IMG/VR virus record: IMGVR_UViG_2563366958_000018 | Origin: a virus | Lineage: Duplodnaviria > Heunggongvirae > Uroviricota > Caudoviricetes | Length of the DNA: 52,177 nucleotides | Direction: 5' to 3' (one strand) | Shown here: positions 27,136 to 37,938 of the stretch, piece after piece | Numbering within the stretch: the stretch's first letter is position 1 | Layout of the letters: each line of letters opens with the position of its first letter | The notes under the pieces: generated by a model | Database searches by the model: none | Told to the model about the DNA's origin: nothing | Seen by the model: the letters and a program-made list of their open reading frames with translations, nothing else | Translations under genes and position numbers: made by a program

Positions 27136-27519
27136 ATGCGAGAGTCTTTTTCATTTGAACCAGATAATCTGATTATTTCTGGTGGTATGCCAGCAATTCC
27201 AGCAAGTATTAAACTTGCCAGCGGTAAAGTAAAACGGGGTGAGTTACTTGCTTTTGTCAGTATTGATCAGACAACAAATGTTGTCACTGTGGCGCCAATA
27301 AATCTCTCTGGTGAAGGGGAGGCAAAAGAACCGTATTGTATCGCTCAACACAATATTGATGCGACTGATTCAGCGCAAGTCGGAACAGCATGGCTGACCG
27401 GAATGTTCAATGCACATGCGGTTATCCTTCCTGAATCAGCAAAAGTTGCCGATGTATATCTGGCTTGCCGGAAGGTTGGAATATTCCTTAATACCGCACA
27501 ACAAAATCCATCTGCATAA
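27136..27519 (+). CDS. Head decoration protein (gpD-like)
   Basis: 127 aa ORF directly upstream of the major capsid gene. Confidence 0.5.
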   Translation: MRESFSFEPDNLIISGGMPAIPASIKLASGKVKRGELLAFVSIDQTTNVVTVAPINLSGEGEAKEPYCIAQHNIDATDSAQVGTAWLTGMFNAHAVILPESAKVADVYLACRKVGIFLNTAQQNPSA

Positions 27520-27539
27520 TATAAAGAGGTCGTATTTTT

Positions 27540-28583
27540 ATGCCGAATATTGATATTTTTGAACGACGTACGATGCTTGAGCCTGTTATTCAGAATTTCA
27601 AGGCTCGTCGTTTTCTTCTTCGTACCTTTTTTCCTGGTGTTCAGACCTTTAATACAAAGAAAGTTGATCTGGATTTTGTTCGCGGTGGCCGTACTATGGC
27701 TCCGTTTGTTGGTAAAGGTTTTGGCTCAAAAACCGTTGAGCGACGCGGCTTTGTAACGAGAACTCTGGAGCCACCACTTGTTGCACCTGATTTGGTAACA
27801 ACAGCCGAGCTGCTTTTAAACAGGCTTCCGGGTGAGAATATTTACAACGCAAAATCGCCAGCAGAACGAGCCGCCGAGCAATTAGGTAAAGATTTGCTTG
27901 AGCTTGATGAAATGGTTAACCGCCGTGAAGAATGGATGTGTGCACAAGTCTTGTTTACGGGGCAGGTTGATATTGTTGGTGAAGGAGTGGATGACACAGT
28001 TTATTTTTGGCCTGAAGAGGAAGGAGATAAACCATATCTTGAACTGACAGGTGATGATTTATGGAGTGCAGCAAAATCAGATCCGTTAGTCAATGTTCGC
28101 AACTGGAAACGTCGGGTATCACTAACTTCAGGTTTTACACCTCGTGTTGCCGTAATGGGCGCAAAAGTTGTTGATGCCTTCGTTAAAAATGAAGCAGTAA
28201 CTAAATATCTTGATAATCGCCGAAAAGAGCTTGGGTATATTGAGCCTAAAGAGTTAGAAGAAGGCGTAACTCATTATGGCAATCTTGAAGGTGTCGATTT
28301 TTATGGTTACGACGAACTTATTCGCAATGATAAAACAGGAAAACCTGAACCATTAGTACCGGAAGATAAGATCCTCTTTGGCTCTCCTGGTCGAGGAACG
28401 ATGCTGTATGGTGCTGTAGAGCTTGTAGATGACGCCGAAAAGACTCTAACGATTGTTGAGTCACCACGAGTTCCAGACACTTGGGTAACTCGTAAGCCGG
28501 CTGGCCGTTATGTTGCCATGAAGTCATCTCCACTGCCTAATCCTGGTGTGGCTGATGCCTATCTGGTGGCTAAGGTGGTTTAA
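27540..28583 (+). CDS. Major capsid protein (lambda gpE family)
   Basis: 347 aa; position after protease and decoration genes. Confidence 0.8.
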   Translation: MPNIDIFERRTMLEPVIQNFKARRFLLRTFFPGVQTFNTKKVDLDFVRGGRTMAPFVGKGFGSKTVERRGFVTRTLEPPLVAPDLVTTAELLLNRLPGENIYNAKSPAERAAEQLGKDLLELDEMVNRREEWMCAQVLFTGQVDIVGEGVDDTVYFWPEEEGDKPYLELTGDDLWSAAKSDPLVNVRNWKRRVSLTSGFTPRVAVMGAKVVDAFVKNEAVTKYLDNRRKELGYIEPKELEEGVTHYGNLEGVDFYGYDELIRNDKTGKPEPLVPEDKILFGSPGRGTMLYGAVELVDDAEKTLTIVESPRVPDTWVTRKPAGRYVAMKSSPLPNPGVADAYLVAKVV

Positions 28584-28976
28584 ATGGCCAGACTGATTAA
28601 AAACATTGATACGATAAGCCACGGCTCGCTAAAAGCGGGCCGTTTGCTTAATGGGCTAATGGATAACTCCAGAATTGCCGAACTGATTGCGTCAGGACAT
28701 GCTATTGCCACCGAAGAGGATGGTGATTTGGCATCGGCTGGGGGCTATGATGCTGCTAAGTTAGCTTTTGAGCATGGATACGCATCTGCTGTTAATGATG
28801 CTGTGGACGCGGGGTTGATTACGCGAACGGAGGCGGGTAGCTGTGTATTCGAGGTTGAGTTTGAGGATGATGGCGGCAATGAGGAAATGGTTGCTGATGA
28901 TTCATCTGAATCTGTAGCTACTTCTGATACCAGTAATGCGAAAAAATCAACGCAAAAAAAAGGTAATAAGAAGTAA
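28584..28976 (+). CDS. Hypothetical head-associated protein (acidic C-terminus)
   Basis: Position only. Confidence 0.35.
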   Translation: MARLIKNIDTISHGSLKAGRLLNGLMDNSRIAELIASGHAIATEEDGDLASAGGYDAAKLAFEHGYASAVNDAVDAGLITRTEAGSCVFEVEFEDDGGNEEMVADDSSESVATSDTSNAKKSTQKKGNKK

Positions 28977-29320
28977 TGAACTCCTTCAAAGAGGTTATAG
29001 CGCAAGATATTTCTGCAATATTCCTCAATGAAAAAGAGTTTGCCGATACATATAACATAGACGGCAAGGATATCCTTGCCGTTATTGATACAGACCTTAT
29101 TCATGAGCGGAATAAACGCTCATATGCTGAGTTTGCAGAGGGAATAAATCAGGGGCAAATAATATTATTTGTTTCAAGAAAAGATTTTCCTGTTCTCCCT
29201 GTCAAAGACCAGTCAATGAAAATCAACGGTAAAAATTATATTGTTGATGAAGTATCAGATAATGTTGGTGTATTGGAAATAACTCTCACTGTTAATACTA
29301 ACAGAGGAATGCCGATTTGA
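28976..29320 (+). CDS. Putative head-tail connector/adaptor protein
   Basis: Position and size only. Confidence 0.4.
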   Translation: MNSFKEVIAQDISAIFLNEKEFADTYNIDGKDILAVIDTDLIHERNKRSYAEFAEGINQGQIILFVSRKDFPVLPVKDQSMKINGKNYIVDEVSDNVGVLEITLTVNTNRGMPI

Positions 29321-29802
29321 TTAATCTTTTGATAGATGCAATAAAAAATCGGTTGGAACATGAGGTTTTCCATGATTTATTAGTGCAGGGGCCTCCTTAT
29401 GATGAAACAGACAGCGATATTAAATTGTTTGTTCCAACAATATTTAAAGGGTACTTGCCTCCTAAATCACAACCATCTCCAGATAAACCGCCAGAATTTC
29501 CTCATGTGATTATCAGGCCCACGGAAGGAGGAATGCAGCCTGAAACGGATGAAGTTAAGGTTAAGTTTCTTCTAGGTGGTTTTTGTGAGGACCATACTGG
29601 ATATGAATGGGTAATGGCTCTTCTTGAAAGGATGATGTTTCATTTTCAGGAGAAGCCTTTACTTGAAGAGAAATTTCTCTTTCAGGGTGATATCAGATGG
29701 CGAATGTTTGATGATCAACCATATCCATATTGGATAACGGAAGCAACTGGAACGTGGCTAGTATTAAAGCCTCAGAATATTCAGTCTCAGGAGTTTATCT
29801 AA
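29317..29802 (+). CDS. Putative neck/tail completion protein
   Basis: Position and size only. Confidence 0.4.
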   Translation: MINLLIDAIKNRLEHEVFHDLLVQGPPYDETDSDIKLFVPTIFKGYLPPKSQPSPDKPPEFPHVIIRPTEGGMQPETDEVKVKFLLGGFCEDHTGYEWVMALLERMMFHFQEKPLLEEKFLFQGDIRWRMFDDQPYPYWITEATGTWLVLKPQNIQSQEFI

Positions 29803-30093
29803 ATGGCTAATAAGAAAAGTAGTAAAGAAGATATAGAAAAGAAGGAAGATGTTGCTCAAACATTTGTATATATAGGGCCAACAATCCCTCAACTCTCAAT
29901 TTTGAAGCATAAACTATTTAAGAATGGCTTATCTCCAGAGTGTGAAAAATTAATATCACATATTCCTGGTGCAAAGTGTTTGTTTGTGGCAACCAGTGAT
30001 TTTTCAGATGCAGAAAAAAGACTTTCTGATAAAACCAGTGTCGAGTATGTAATGTACTCTAGAGTTTCTTCTTCTATCATGGAGATTAAATAA
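29803..30093 (+). CDS. Hypothetical protein (96 aa)
   Basis: Position only. Confidence 0.35.
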   Translation: MANKKSSKEDIEKKEDVAQTFVYIGPTIPQLSILKHKLFKNGLSPECEKLISHIPGAKCLFVATSDFSDAEKRLSDKTSVEYVMYSRVSSSIMEIK

Positions 30094-31556
30094 TGGGAAA
30101 TCGCCACGGTATTTATATATCTGAGCTGGCTACATCTATAACTCCTCCAGTACAAGTTAGTGCTGGGTTGATTGTCGCATTTGGTACAACTCCTGTTAAT
30201 CAGTTAGAAGATCCAGCCTCAGCGGTAAATAAACCTATCATTGCTTATACATACGCAGAGGCCGTATCTAAAATAGGATATAGCACAAACTTCGAGAAAT
30301 ATACTTTAAGCGAAGTAATTAAAGTCGCATTTGGAATATATGGTGTTGCGCCAGTTGTATTTATCAATGTGCTTGATCCAGCAAAGCATAAGAAAGACGT
30401 AACTGATGAGGTAGTAAAACTTTCTGGCGGGAAAGGTACGCTCTCTAACGATGGTGTCTTATATAAATCTGTTGTTGTGAAAAAAGCAGATGGTGATTCT
30501 CCAGGGTTAACGGTTGATACAGATTATGTACTGGCGCTGGATGATAATGGCTATACGGTCATTACCGCTATTAGCGGAGGAAAAATTACTGAAAAAGACG
30601 CCACTCTTAAGGTTAGTTATACGCATCTTGATCCCGGGGCTGTAACTAAAAACGATATTATTGGTGGTGTGGATTCCAACACTAAAGCGAATACGGGGCT
30701 TGAGTTACTGTCGGATGTTTATCCCCGCTTCAAACTAGTTCCAGGACAAGTGATTGCGCCTGGATTTAGTTCTGATAGTGAAGTTGGCCAGCTAATGGCG
30801 GCTAAAGCTGCGCTGATTAGTGAATTGTTCAAAGCAGAAGCTATCACCGATGCGCCGACTGATAAATCTACTATCAGTGATTATTCTGCTGTTCCTGAAT
30901 GGAAGCAGAACAATAATCATATGGCAGCTAACCAGACAGTGTGCTGGCCGATGGTGAAACTTGGTGACAATATTTACCATCACTCAACCCATTTAGCGGC
31001 AGCAACATGCTTGCTGGATAGTCAGTATGGTGATATTCCATCACGTTCTCCGTCAAATATAAAACTACAGATGGACGGTGCTGTACGTAAAGATGGCAGT
31101 GAGGTATGGCTTAACATTAGCCAGGCAAACTACTTAAATGGACAGGGGATTGTAACAAGCCTTAATTTTGATGGTTGGAAATCATGGGGAAACCGTAATG
31201 CTATTTATCCAACATCTACAGACCCCAAAGACGCATTTCGTGTTTGCCGACGTATGTTTAACTGGGTGGGTAATACGTTAATTCTTTCGCATTGGTCAAA
31301 AATAGACAATCCTGCAAACCGTCGATTAATTGAATCGATTGTTACTAGTGCGAATATTTGGCTTAACGGCCTCACTGGTAATCAGGATATTGCAGGTGGT
31401 GTTGTTACCTTTGATCAGTCTGAAAACACGATTACGTCATTGATGGACGGGATTGTTAAATTCCATGTAAAAATGACACCATTCTCACCTGCCAGAGATA
31501 TAGAGTTCGTCATGGAATATAATCCTGATTATCTGCTGAACTTGTTTTCTGAATAA
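30093..31556 (+). CDS. Contractile tail sheath protein
   Basis: 487 aa; followed by tube, chaperone and tape-measure genes. Confidence 0.8.
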   Translation: MGNRHGIYISELATSITPPVQVSAGLIVAFGTTPVNQLEDPASAVNKPIIAYTYAEAVSKIGYSTNFEKYTLSEVIKVAFGIYGVAPVVFINVLDPAKHKKDVTDEVVKLSGGKGTLSNDGVLYKSVVVKKADGDSPGLTVDTDYVLALDDNGYTVITAISGGKITEKDATLKVSYTHLDPGAVTKNDIIGGVDSNTKANTGLELLSDVYPRFKLVPGQVIAPGFSSDSEVGQLMAAKAALISELFKAEAITDAPTDKSTISDYSAVPEWKQNNNHMAANQTVCWPMVKLGDNIYHHSTHLAAATCLLDSQYGDIPSRSPSNIKLQMDGAVRKDGSEVWLNISQANYLNGQGIVTSLNFDGWKSWGNRNAIYPTSTDPKDAFRVCRRMFNWVGNTLILSHWSKIDNPANRRLIESIVTSANIWLNGLTGNQDIAGGVVTFDQSENTITSLMDGIVKFHVKMTPFSPARDIEFVMEYNPDYLLNLFSE

Positions 31557-31572
31557 ATAATAGGAGGTTGCT

Positions 31573-32094
31573 TTGAGCAATCAAATTCCTGAGAGACTTA
31601 TTAACTTTACAGTATACGGTGAAGGAAACCGTATTATCGGTGTTGCTGACGCAAAGCTGCCATCAATTGAGATGATGACAGAAACTGTTAGTGGTGCAGG
31701 TATCGCTGGAGAGCTTGAGAGCGGAACGCTGGGGCATTTCAAACCAATGACTGTCTCTCTTAAATGGCGAACTCTGACCTCTGCTGGTACAAAATTATTT
31801 CTATCCTCATCGCATCAGGTAGATTTTCGCGGTAGCCAGCAGGTTTATGATGCAGGAACAGGAAAATATAAAACGGTTCCTATTCGGGCTTCAATGAAGC
31901 TAAACCCTAAAAAACTGGATTTAGGTTCGCTACAGGTGGCAAAGGCTACTGATTCAGAGAATGAATTTGAAGTTCTCTATATCAAATTATTTATTGATGG
32001 AAAAGAAGTCCTGGAAATTGATAAGTTGAACTTTATTTGTATCTTTGATGGTGAAGATATATTAAAAAGCGTTCGTGATGATTTAGGTTTATAA
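31573..32094 (+). CDS. Tail tube protein
   Basis: 173 aa directly after sheath; TTG start with AGGAGG RBS. Confidence 0.75.
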   Translation: MSNQIPERLINFTVYGEGNRIIGVADAKLPSIEMMTETVSGAGIAGELESGTLGHFKPMTVSLKWRTLTSAGTKLFLSSSHQVDFRGSQQVYDAGTGKYKTVPIRASMKLNPKKLDLGSLQVAKATDSENEFEVLYIKLFIDGKEVLEIDKLNFICIFDGEDILKSVRDDLGL

Positions 32095-32103
32095 GGTGAC
32101 AAA

Positions 32104-32385
32104 ATGGAAACCGTTAAATTAAGTAAAGAATATAGTTTTGAAGACTTTGAGCCGGTGACTGAACTCAACCTTGATTTAGACAACCTAAAAGGCAGTGATA
32201 TTTTAGAGGTATCGGACTTACTGCAATCTCAAGGGCATGTTTCAGTTCAAACATCACTTGATAATAAAGTCCATGCAGCCTTGGCTGCTCGCTGTATTGG
32301 TCGTCCAATAGAGTATCTGAATGGATTACCAGCGAAAGACTTTGTTAAAGTTTGTCAAAAGGTACAGAATTTTTTGCTCTCGTAG
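32104..32385 (+). CDS. Tail assembly chaperone (G/E-like)
   Basis: Small acidic protein between tube and tape measure. Confidence 0.55.
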   Translation: METVKLSKEYSFEDFEPVTELNLDLDNLKGSDILEVSDLLQSQGHVSVQTSLDNKVHAALAARCIGRPIEYLNGLPAKDFVKVCQKVQNFLLS

Positions 32386-32534
32386 GTTTTGATGAGCAAA
32401 AACCTATTGATAAGCAAATAATGAGGGCCGCGAGTTCTCTATCTCAATCATCTCAATCAACACCTATATCCTACTGGCTTTCGCTTCGGTTGAGGCGAAT
32501 CGTCGCATGGATTGACGTGTTTAATGAGGATTAA
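32352..32534 (+). CDS. Putative -1 frameshift extension of the tail assembly chaperone (GT/E+E'-like)
   Basis: Overlapping -1 frame ORF; slippery heptamer T_TTT_TTG at 32370-32376 just before the 0-frame stop. Confidence 0.45.
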   Translation: MSKGTEFFALVGFDEQKPIDKQIMRAASSLSQSSQSTPISYWLSLRLRRIVAWIDVFNED

Positions 32535-32539
32535 TACTA

Positions 32540-35332
32540 ATGGCCAGCAATAAGAACTTTAAGCTGGCTTTTGAAATTGGCGGCAAAGTTGCCGCCTCTC
32601 TCCCCAAAAGTTTTACTACAGCTAATCAGGCTGTTGCTAAATTAAATGCAGAGCTTGCTGGATTAACGAAAGAACATGGGGAAATTCAAAAGCTACAATC
32701 TGTAAAAGTAAAGGTTGGACAGACTGCCCTCGAATATCATAAAGCTGCCGCTCGCGTTGAAGAGTTACAGAAGCAAATAAAAAACACGGCCAATCCAACC
32801 AGAGCGATGCTTCGTGACTTTGAGAAGGCAAAAACACATTCATCAAATTTACGAGCATCACTACGTTCTCAGCGTGAAGAACTGGCCGCTTTAAAGTCTG
32901 CCTATCAGGGAGCTGATACATCTGCCAGAGCTTTGGCCTCAAGAGAGAAAGAGCTTAAAGCCAGCATTGATCGTAATCGTGAGGCTCAGGCCCGTAGCGT
33001 TGAGCAGGTTAACCGCTACAGAACGGCTTTGGCTTTAGCCAGAGCAAATGTTCAGCAAGTGAAAAAACAGCAGGAGGAACTTAACCGGGCATTAGAAAAA
33101 CAACGTATTGATAAAATTAACAGCTATAAAAATGCGTTGGCTGAAGCACGGAAAAATGTTCTTGCAGTAAAACGTGCTCAGGAGGAGTTAAACCGCGCGT
33201 TGGAAAGGCAGCGTGAATTGAAGCGAGAGCATCTTGGTGAGGCAAAGAGTCAACTTGTAAGGTCAGGATTACAAACTGGTGCTGTAGCGGCTGGTGCATT
33301 TGCTGCTGCTAACAATGCAGCAAATTTCAATCGTGAAAACAAAATGATTGGTCTTACGGCAGATATGAAGCCGGAAGAAGTTCAGGCGATGGGGCAGGCG
33401 ATGCTTGTTACCGGAACGGCTACCAACCAGTTTGCATCTGATATTCAGGCCGCTCAGGGTTTTCTCGTCGCTGCTGGGCAGGATTATAAAGAGGCTCAGG
33501 CGAATCTACTAACTATTGGGCGAACAGCTACAGCTACTGGCTCTGATATCCTCGATGTCTCGAAAGCATCATTTACATTAAGTGACTCATTGAAGATTGA
33601 TCCATCTCAAATGAAGTCTGCAATGGGGATTCTGGTTCAGGCAGGGAAAGAGGGGAACTTTGAATTTAAAGATATGGCCAAAAATCTTCCTGTGCTTGGT
33701 GCTCAGTTCCAGGCATTAAAAATGGGAGGTAAAGAAGCAGCCGCGACGATGGGTGCAGCTTTGCAGATAGCTCGCAAGGGGGCTGCAACTTCGGATGAGG
33801 CTGCTAATAATATGAACAACTTTTTGGCAAAAATACTTTCCCCTGAAACACTAAAAAAAGCAAAGAAAAATTTCGGTGTAGATTTATATAAAATTGTTAC
33901 AACAGCGCAGAAAAAAGGGAAGAATCCATTCGAAGCTGCAATGCATTCTGTCATGAAAATGACTAAGAACGGAGATCAGAAGTTACTTGGTGAACTATTT
34001 GGCGATATGCAGGTTCAGAACTTTGTTCGTCCGATGATTCAAAACTGGAAGGAATACCAGAGAATCAAAGCAACATCTCTTGGAGCTGGAAGTGCTGTTA
34101 TTGACCGCGATTTTGCCAACATAACGAAAGATAATGCGGAGCGATTGAAACAATTACGTATTCAGGCTAGCAATGCATCATTAAGTTTTGGTCAGGCCTT
34201 GCAACCTGCTTTGAATGCCGCGCTTAGTGTTTTGGTTCCGCTGATTACAAAAATTAGTGAATTTGTAGCTAACAACCCCAATTTTGTGTCTCAGATAGTG
34301 ATGGCGGCAGGTGCGTTTCTAACCATGAAAAGTGTGGTTATAGCGTGTAGGGTAGCTATGCTGGCTTTATCTGTAGCGACAAAGCTAACACCCTTCGGGT
34401 GGATTCAGATGGCTATATCTGCGCTGGTTGCCGCAGGAATATTGCTCTATCAGAATTGGGATAAGATCAGAGATTATGCTGTCAGAGTTTGGCCTTCTGT
34501 TAAGGAATATACAGTTAAATCATTTGAGGCTATAAAAAACTTTATCTTAAACTTTGACCTCAATGGATGGATTATATCTATGTTTGGTAAAGCATGGGAT
34601 TATCTTTCCAACATAAACTGGAGTTCGGCAGGAGTAAGAATTTACAGTACATTAATTAGTGCTTTTAAATGGATGTCTCCGCTTCCGTTCTTAATTAAAG
34701 CATTTAAAATTACAACAAATTACCTTTCTGGCATTAACTGGAGCGAAACAGGAAAGAAAATCATAGATACACTGGTATCTGTTTTTATGCGTTTTTCACC
34801 AGTTGGACTCTTTATAAGAGCATTCCAATCTGTAACGACTTATTTATCTGGAATAAACTGGAGTGAGTCAGGCGCAAAAATAATTGAGACGTTAATCACT
34901 GGGATAAAATCAAAAGCAAATGCTTTAATTAATGAAGTGAAAGGCGTTTTTTCTTCTGTACGTGAGTATTTACCGTTCTCTGACGCGAAAAAAGGTCCAT
35001 TCTCACAGCTAACAAAGTCAGGTGGTGCAATAATGACTACTCTGGCATCAGGTGTTAGCAGGAATAACAGCTTACAGAATGCAATAGCAAGCAAGTTCGG
35101 GCAATCAAATTTATCACCTCACGGGATATCTGCCGCTGGGACTTCTGGACCTCGCCAGAACGTTAACGCTGTGACTGGTGGAATAACCTATTCACCTGTA
35201 ATCAATCTTCCGGCTGGTTCACCAAAGGAAACTGAGGCGGCAGCTAAAAGAGCATTAGATGCGGGATATTCTGATTTTGAGAAGAAATTGAGTGCTCATA
35301 TGTTCCAACAACGGAGATTAAGTTTTGGATGA
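32540..35332 (+). CDS. Tail tape measure protein
   Basis: 930 aa, coiled-coil N-terminal half, hydrophobic central segment. Confidence 0.85.
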   Translation: MASNKNFKLAFEIGGKVAASLPKSFTTANQAVAKLNAELAGLTKEHGEIQKLQSVKVKVGQTALEYHKAAARVEELQKQIKNTANPTRAMLRDFEKAKTHSSNLRASLRSQREELAALKSAYQGADTSARALASREKELKASIDRNREAQARSVEQVNRYRTALALARANVQQVKKQQEELNRALEKQRIDKINSYKNALAEARKNVLAVKRAQEELNRALERQRELKREHLGEAKSQLVRSGLQTGAVAAGAFAAANNAANFNRENKMIGLTADMKPEEVQAMGQAMLVTGTATNQFASDIQAAQGFLVAAGQDYKEAQANLLTIGRTATATGSDILDVSKASFTLSDSLKIDPSQMKSAMGILVQAGKEGNFEFKDMAKNLPVLGAQFQALKMGGKEAAATMGAALQIARKGAATSDEAANNMNNFLAKILSPETLKKAKKNFGVDLYKIVTTAQKKGKNPFEAAMHSVMKMTKNGDQKLLGELFGDMQVQNFVRPMIQNWKEYQRIKATSLGAGSAVIDRDFANITKDNAERLKQLRIQASNASLSFGQALQPALNAALSVLVPLITKISEFVANNPNFVSQIVMAAGAFLTMKSVVIACRVAMLALSVATKLTPFGWIQMAISALVAAGILLYQNWDKIRDYAVRVWPSVKEYTVKSFEAIKNFILNFDLNGWIISMFGKAWDYLSNINWSSAGVRIYSTLISAFKWMSPLPFLIKAFKITTNYLSGINWSETGKKIIDTLVSVFMRFSPVGLFIRAFQSVTTYLSGINWSESGAKIIETLITGIKSKANALINEVKGVFSSVREYLPFSDAKKGPFSQLTKSGGAIMTTLASGVSRNNSLQNAIASKFGQSNLSPHGISAAGTSGPRQNVNAVTGGITYSPVINLPAGSPKETEAAAKRALDAGYSDFEKKLSAHMFQQRRLSFG

Positions 35333-35543
35333 TTATAGAACGGTTCAAGGGGACTCATGGGATAGTATCGCTTTAAAGTTGTATGGTAATGAGTACCTGT
35401 CTTATCTTCTTATTGATGCTAATACTGAGCACCGCTTTACGGTGCTTTTTTCTGCGGGAATTATTCTTAAAGTTCCTGATGCTCCGGTTATGCCAATATC
35501 AGTAAACAATTTTCCTCCGTGGAGACGCAATAGTGTTACGTAA
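35325..35543 (+). CDS. Tail protein X-like (LysM-like, P2 gpX family)
   Basis: 72 aa with QGDSWDSIALKLYG motif; TTG start. Confidence 0.55.
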   Translation: MDDYRTVQGDSWDSIALKLYGNEYLSYLLIDANTEHRFTVLFSAGIILKVPDAPVMPISVNNFPPWRRNSVT

Positions 35544-36534
35544 AACGCTTTTTGATGTTATATATCAGAATGTAAATATTACCGCTCATATGTCACCTGA
35601 TGTTTTGTCAATGTCTTATACAGATAATGAAGATGGTCAGGTCGATGATATTTCTATTATATTAAAAAATGATGATGGGAAATGGTCTGGAGACTGGACA
35701 CCTAAAAAGGGTGATTTTATTGATTTGAGCTTTAAGCCTATAAATCAAATCGTCCTTGAGTGCGGGAAATTCCAGGTAGATGGCATAACTTGCTCTGGAC
35801 CACCTTCTGTGGTTGAGGTAACTGCTGTTTCTGTTCCTGTTTCATCAGGCATTAGACGTGATTTAAAAAGTAATGCATGGGAAAAAACAACTCTTAAAGA
35901 TATAGCAACTTCTATAGCTAAATTAGCTAACCTTGAACTGTTGTTTCTTATTGATGGTGATAGTAATCCATATTATGCGCGTGAAGATCAAATGGAGGAA
36001 AGCGATTTAAAATTTCTCCATCGACTTTGCCAGGATGAAGGGTTGTCGTTAAAGGTCACTGATAGCCAATTAATAATATTTGCTCAAGAGATGTTTGAGC
36101 AAAAAGATCCTATCGCTACGCTTACGTTAGGTATTGATGAGATAATCAGATATAGCTTTAGCACACAATCTACAGATTTGTATAAAAGTTGCACGTGCAA
36201 ATATCGCGTACCTAAAAAAAGAAAGTCGCTTTCGTATACTTGGGTAGATCCATCCGTAGAAGAAGGGTCGAATCTTAAGATAAGAAAACTGGTAGCTAAT
36301 TTAGATGAAGCAAAACGTAAGGCAAAGGCTGCTTTGCGGCTTAAAAATAGATATCAAAATACCGGATCTTTAGTATTGGTTGGAGACACCAGATTGGTAG
36401 CTGGTGTAACTATAAATCTGGAGGGATTCGGTTCATTTTCTGGAAAATATCTTATATCGAAAGCTGTGCATTCAATTGGGACTAGTGGTTATACCACCTC
36501 GATTGATGTCCGAAGAGTAATTAATGGGTATTAA
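35533..36534 (+). CDS. Baseplate hub/late control gpD-like protein
   Basis: 333 aa, position after tape measure and X; GTG start. Confidence 0.55.
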   Translation: MLRKTLFDVIYQNVNITAHMSPDVLSMSYTDNEDGQVDDISIILKNDDGKWSGDWTPKKGDFIDLSFKPINQIVLECGKFQVDGITCSGPPSVVEVTAVSVPVSSGIRRDLKSNAWEKTTLKDIATSIAKLANLELLFLIDGDSNPYYAREDQMEESDLKFLHRLCQDEGLSLKVTDSQLIIFAQEMFEQKDPIATLTLGIDEIIRYSFSTQSTDLYKSCTCKYRVPKKRKSLSYTWVDPSVEEGSNLKIRKLVANLDEAKRKAKAALRLKNRYQNTGSLVLVGDTRLVAGVTINLEGFGSFSGKYLISKAVHSIGTSGYTTSIDVRRVINGY

Positions 36535-36536
36535 TT

Positions 36537-37157
36537 ATGAATGATTTAGAAACATTATTACGTCAGACTATAAGAGTTGGCGTTGTTTCTGATATTGATG
36601 ATGGTGATGTTACAGCAAGAGTTACTTTCGATGATCAGGATAACGTCACTTCGGCAAAGTTATCAGTTATTGTGAAAAATACAGATAAGAATGCTGATTA
36701 CTGGATGCCAGATATTGGTGAGCAAGTTTTGTGTATCTTTCATCCCGCGGGGCCGCAACAAGGTTTTATTCTTGGTAGTTTTTATGATGAAACACAGAAG
36801 CCGCCATCTAATACTGTTAATAAACGCGTCATTAGATTTAATAACGGAACTCGTATTGAGATAGACAGAGAATCTAATTTACTCCTTGTTGATGCTGTCG
36901 GAGATGTAACCATTAAGGCTACAGGAACCGTAACTATTGATGCTCCAGAAACCATCATTACCGGAAATGCTACAGTTGAAGGATTACTAACCTTCAAAGG
37001 TGGAATGAAAGGATCTTCTGCTGGAGGTGTTGCAGCTACAATTTCTGGGAATGTTAAGGTTGTTGGTGGTGATATAGATGTTGATGGGATTAAATCTAAA
37101 GGCCACCATCACACAGCTCAGGGGGAATACGCTCCGACAACGGAGGCTCAGGCATGA
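36537..37157 (+). CDS. Baseplate spike protein (gpV-like)
   Basis: 206 aa with Gly-rich C-terminal repeat region. Confidence 0.55.
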   Translation: MNDLETLLRQTIRVGVVSDIDDGDVTARVTFDDQDNVTSAKLSVIVKNTDKNADYWMPDIGEQVLCIFHPAGPQQGFILGSFYDETQKPPSNTVNKRVIRFNNGTRIEIDRESNLLLVDAVGDVTIKATGTVTIDAPETIITGNATVEGLLTFKGGMKGSSAGGVAATISGNVKVVGGDIDVDGIKSKGHHHTAQGEYAPTTEAQA

Positions 37158-37621
37158 TTGTGGGTATGCTTGGTACAATGCCTTTTGTTGCCTCATCAAT
37201 AGTGGTGAATACGTTCAACAATTTTAAAAGGACGTCAAAGCGTCGTGTAGCGCGCCATGATGTTATTGGGCTTAAACCTGTTCTGGAGGATATAGGTCCA
37301 GATCTGGATGAAGTTAGTTTTAATATGCGGTTGGATACAACACTTGGCATTGTTCCATTGGCTGCGCTTTCATTACTTAGGACAATGCAATCAATTCAGG
37401 AAGTAAATCCTGTTGTAATTGGTATTCAGTATTTTGGTAATTTTATAATTACAGATATAGAGGAATCATGGACTTATTTCGGTCCAACTGGGAATCCACG
37501 AGTGATTATCGTCGGCATTAAATTACAGGAAGTCGGACAGACCTCTCTGAAAGAAGCATTAGTTGATATTGCTGGCAATATAGAGTCAAAAACTAGAAGT
37601 GCGTTAGGTAAATTATTATGA
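37154..37621 (+). CDS. Hypothetical baseplate protein (155 aa)
   Basis: Position within baseplate module. Confidence 0.4.
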   Translation: MIVGMLGTMPFVASSIVVNTFNNFKRTSKRRVARHDVIGLKPVLEDIGPDLDEVSFNMRLDTTLGIVPLAALSLLRTMQSIQEVNPVVIGIQYFGNFIITDIEESWTYFGPTGNPRVIIVGIKLQEVGQTSLKEALVDIAGNIESKTRSALGKLL

Positions 37622-37938
37622 ATAATACGTTTACCATATCATCACCTTCTTACTCGATTGATTGGTCGCCCAAAACAGTTGTAGAAGAAGTTTTGCAAAA
37701 TGTCTCTACTATTATTAATACTCAAATTGGCACTGTACCATATGCCAGAAAATTAGGAATTAATTCAAGTCTTGTTGATAGCCCTAGTCCAATTTTTATT
37801 GCTACAGCAACACGAGAAATAATTCAAAAAATTAGTGAGTTTGAGCCTAGAGCGATTATCCATTCTGTTACTTTTGAAAGAACGGACGTTTCTGATGGTT
37901 TTATTAGGCCAAAACTTGTGATAGGAGTTAGAGAATGA
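37618..37938 (+). CDS. Baseplate wedge protein (gpW/gp25-like)
   Basis: 106 aa with EPR motif (EFEPRAIIHSVTF). Confidence 0.65.
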   Translation: MNNTFTISSPSYSIDWSPKTVVEEVLQNVSTIINTQIGTVPYARKLGINSSLVDSPSPIFIATATREIIQKISEFEPRAIIHSVTFERTDVSDGFIRPKLVIGVRE

